Below, piece by piece: positions 61,076-64,000 of a stretch of 64,000 nucleotides of DNA. The number at the start of each line of letters is the position of its first letter. Positions within the stretch are counted from its first letter, which is position 1. Source of the DNA: Naegleria gruberi (Eukaryota). A program made the position numbers and the translations under genes. The notes under the pieces are model-generated. The model saw only the letters and a list, made by a program, of their open reading frames with translations. It was not told the origin of the DNA and ran no database searches. The stretch is taken from NCBI GenBank assembly GCA_000004985.1, contig GG738910.1, one strand, 5' to 3'.

Positions 61076-63395
61076 TTATAGTCTGGAAATAGGCTAGATG
61101 TGTTCCATATTCAATAATCTATATGAAAAAAAGAAGAAATAAAATTAACTCTTGAATTGAGTATGTAACGACTATTGATATTACTATATATGGTATTTGG
61201 ATAATAACTTTCACAGAAATCATTCATGAAACATAAATTGTACTAAAGTGTGTTAGAAACATAATGGTGGTAAACCTGATCAATAACTCGTCGAAATGAC
61301 TGAGATGGAATGTAAACTATGGTCCAAATGTCATGTATTTGTAACTAAACAGTGTCAACTCCGCCAAAGTGCTTTAAACTAGATTGATATCATCAAAAAC
61401 ACTTCTAGACATCACATATGCCATAAAGAATGAGTTTCAATATTTGATATTGTGAATAGACTCTGTTGGATACCATCCCTATAAATATAACGAGATGAAA
61501 AGTGTCAACATTCAATTTCACATACATGTTACTATGAAGAGTCATCATTATATCATCTAGATAGGTAATATTTCAAGTTTCAGTGGAATTGACAGTCTAC
61601 ATATTGAGATGTGTATACTAAGGTTGAAGAAGTGTCACCTTCACTGATTACTGACATGAATATAATAATTGAATATATGATTCTTGTATAATTAATTCAT
61701 TATTCAATGATTTTGATATGATGGTAAAATTTAATTTTGAAATTAAGATTCTTCCCTATTGATTACCTTATATGTTCCTTAGTTGACTTGAAGATATTGA
61801 GCCATGAATATGAAACTTTCTCAGATTGTTCTCCTCATCAAGAGGAGTGTATTCATATTTGATACTTGTATGATATTTTGTAAAATGAATGAGATGGAGT
61901 ATATTCTATTTGTTGAAATGTGACAATTTGACAGATTGTTATTATAATCATATTGAATTCAATTCTAACAGACTAAAATTGATACCATATGTATAATAAT
62001 GTGATTAAATGTATCTGGCAAAGTTACATGATGATTGGACGTACTTTCACTGATATGGAGTGTACACTTGGATAAAAGCACTATTGACATTGAACATTAA
62101 CTGACTGACTAATTGAAAGTAATACGAATTGTTTCCAAACTATATACAGTGTATTTAACGGATGTATACTCTATGTGGCATCAATTCTAGATTGATTGTA
62201 TGTATAATGAGCGAGTTGGAGCATAAGCTTTGATTTTATGTCAAAGTTCTATAGTAAAATGATAGAGTTGACAACTCGACATCTACTGAACCAATATTTA
62301 TGAAATTGATATCATATGCTAATTAGAGTGTCTAGATATCATGATACCAATTTCAGTGAAAATGGAGTTGTTTCTGTACATTTCAGATTTCATCCATTCT
62401 CTTGAAGTATCACCATGTACTATCTACTGAATGCATTTCTTGAAATGAAAATATATAATTTGAAGATAGTCCACTTTATATGAGATGTAGAACACGATAT
62501 TATCATTTATTTTGAGATTGGTAACTTTCCCTATAGTATCATCCTTAATTGTCTTAATTGACTAAAAAAGCTCAAGGAGAGATTTCAAAACATAAAATAA
62601 AATATATTTTCGAGATGTACTAATGATTTCCAATCGATTGATATGTATTTTGTAGATTGAGGATTTGGTTCTCTATATTCAAGATTTTCCTCCTGATCTT
62701 CCAAGACAACCTTGAAATTTCACCCTTTACCTTACTGAAAGATAGAATATTCTCTAAAATGTCTGAAAATTGAACCATATACATTATTTGAGATGTTAAA
62801 CATGGTGGTAAAGTTTCATAGAGTGGTCATTTTCCAGATTTTCATCCATGTTCACAGTTTACTAATTGGTATGATAGAGTTGAAATCATGAACATGAAAG
62901 TGAAAATAAACTTGATTTTCTATCTCTACACATCGAATGGAGCATTTTCATGTATATATTGTTGGTTGAAGTGATGTATTTGATAGAGTTGGTCTGACTT
63001 GTCTTTCTCTAAAGTCAACCATAAAATATCAACNNNNNNNNNNNNNNNNNNNNNNNNNNNNNNNNNNNNNNNNNNNNNNNNNNTTCTCATGGTACCATTT
63101 CTGATTATTAGGACATGAAATTGAATTCTATATCATTCTAGATCGTGTACATCACTTTGGTAAAGTTTCAATAGGTGGTCCTTTATCAAGATTTCCACCT
63201 TTTCATCATAGTTGACCATGTGTGGTTGAGGGAAGAAATCTTTAAATATGAAAGTTAAAATAAATTTGATATTCGATGTTTACTAAACAAATGGAACATT
63301 TTCATGTCTGGATTCAATATGTTTTGATGAGAAACTCAAAAGTTATAGTTGACCTCTTTTACCTCACATCTTCCCTTTTCACTTGATACTTTTAT
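61076..63395. repeat. Subtelomeric tandem duplication, copy 2; contains a 50-N gap at 63034..63083
   Basis: See copy 1. Similarity ends at about 63395, about 300 bp before the telomeric array. Confidence 0.7.
63034..63083. other. Assembly gap (50 N)
   Basis: Run of N. Confidence 1.
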
Positions 63396-63690
63396 ACCTA
63401 CCGACATGAAGTTTAGAAATTTCATATGAGAGTGATTATGAATGTTGTTAGTGAAGATATATACTATATAATCTCATTAAAGGATTTTGAAATTATCATT
63501 CTTCCTATGGTTTCATTTTATAATTTTTAATCTGACATTATTTACAAAGTTAATATTTTATAAATTGAAAAACTAAATATAATACATTGTTCTACTCATC
63601 ATTTACAATCGAATGATATAATATTCAATAATTTGGGCTAGGGTTTGAACTTTGAAACATTGGGTCTGGTATTTCAATTTTAGGTTCAAA

Positions 63691-64000
63691 GGTTTAGATT
63701 TTTAGGCTTGGGTTTTTAGGCTTGGGTTTGGGTTTGGGTTTGGGTTTGGGTTTGGGTTTGGGTTTGGGTTTGGGTTTGGGTTTGGGTTTGGGTTTGGGTT
63801 TGGGTTTGGGTTTGGGTTTGGGTTTGGGTTTGGGTTTGGGTTTGGGTTTGGGTTTGGGTTTGGGTTTGGGTTTGGGTTTGGGTTTGGGTTTGGGTTTGGG
63901 TTTGGGTTTGGGTTTGGGTTTGGGTTTGGGTTTGGGTTTGGGTTTGGGTTTGGGTTTGGGTTTGGGTTTGGGTTTGGGTTTGGGTTTGGGTTTGGGTTTG
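63691..64000 (+). repeat. Telomeric repeat array. Degenerate lead-in (TTTAGATTTTTAGGCTTGGGTTTTTAGGCTTGGG), then about 46 perfect TTTGGG units (63724..64000) running to the window end; the G-rich strand points 5'->3' outward
   Basis: Perfect hexamer periodicity to the last base. It is preceded by variant repeats and by non-coding subtelomeric tandem duplications. Confidence 0.75.

Noticed and set aside
63724-64000. Possibility that the TTTGGG array is an internal microsatellite rather than a telomere
   Set aside because: It is kept as a telomere. It runs uninterrupted to the sequence end with outward G-strand polarity. It is preceded by degenerate variants and by classic ORF-free tandem subtelomeric repeats. 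Internal placement cannot be excluded from this window alone.

Overview
The window is AT-rich (about 67-70% AT) nuclear DNA from a eukaryote and carries the right-hand chromosome end. It ends in about 46 perfect (TTTGGG)n repeats running to the last base (63724..64000), preceded by degenerate variants and a 2.1-2.3 kb ORF-free tandem duplication. The genetic code appears standard: very long ORFs terminate at TAA/TAG. Introns are short, 39-54 nt, with GTAAGT/GTGAGT/GTTAGT donors and (A/T)AG acceptors. I cannot place the organism from the sequence; codon usage (Q=CAA, C=TGT, N=AAT) and the gene content suggest an AT-rich protist, possibly an amoebozoan.

Gene content:
- Positions 1-6000 hold small genes: the 3' end of a class III nucleotidyl cyclase gene, two paralogous Ser/His-rich proteins with an MGxxxS/T N-myristoylation consensus, a type II membrane glycosyltransferase of family GT61 with an EOGT-like HGAGLTH motif, and one low-complexity ORF.
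- From 6 kb to 54 kb, six paralogous genes (two about 700 aa, four about 1,700 to 4,400 aa) encode secreted type I membrane proteins. Each has an N-terminal signal peptide and an NHL-type beta-propeller; one gene carries a bulb-type lectin domain in its place. These are followed by arrays of tenascin-type EGF repeats, PKD/REJ-like segments, a conserved CxC-ISP-xG-x(5)-FTFxC-xNC module, a GPS-like juxtamembrane Cys motif, one TM helix and a short tail.
- Many of the EGF repeats carry the exact EOGT acceptor consensus C-x-x-G-(F/Y/W)-(S/T)-G-x-x-C, and the EOGT-like enzyme gene lies in the same cluster.

Repeats and assembly:
- The genes are separated by seven copies of a 0.6-1.5 kb dispersed repeat family, with two sub-families in both orientations. 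One copy carries a nested MITE-like insertion with inverted termini and an ATAT target duplication.
- Intragenic tandem duplications include a 120-bp near-identical EGF array that abuts an assembly gap.
- Three localized frame discrepancies (two in one gene, one in another) look like homopolymer or slippage indels.
- Three N-gaps lie at 47033..48284, 50612..51157 and 63034..63083.

Overall this looks like a subtelomeric, rapidly evolving family of giant EGF-rich surface receptors with swappable N-terminal ligand-binding modules, sitting beside its probable EGF-modifying glycosyltransferase. That makes it a candidate cell-cell or self/non-self recognition system.
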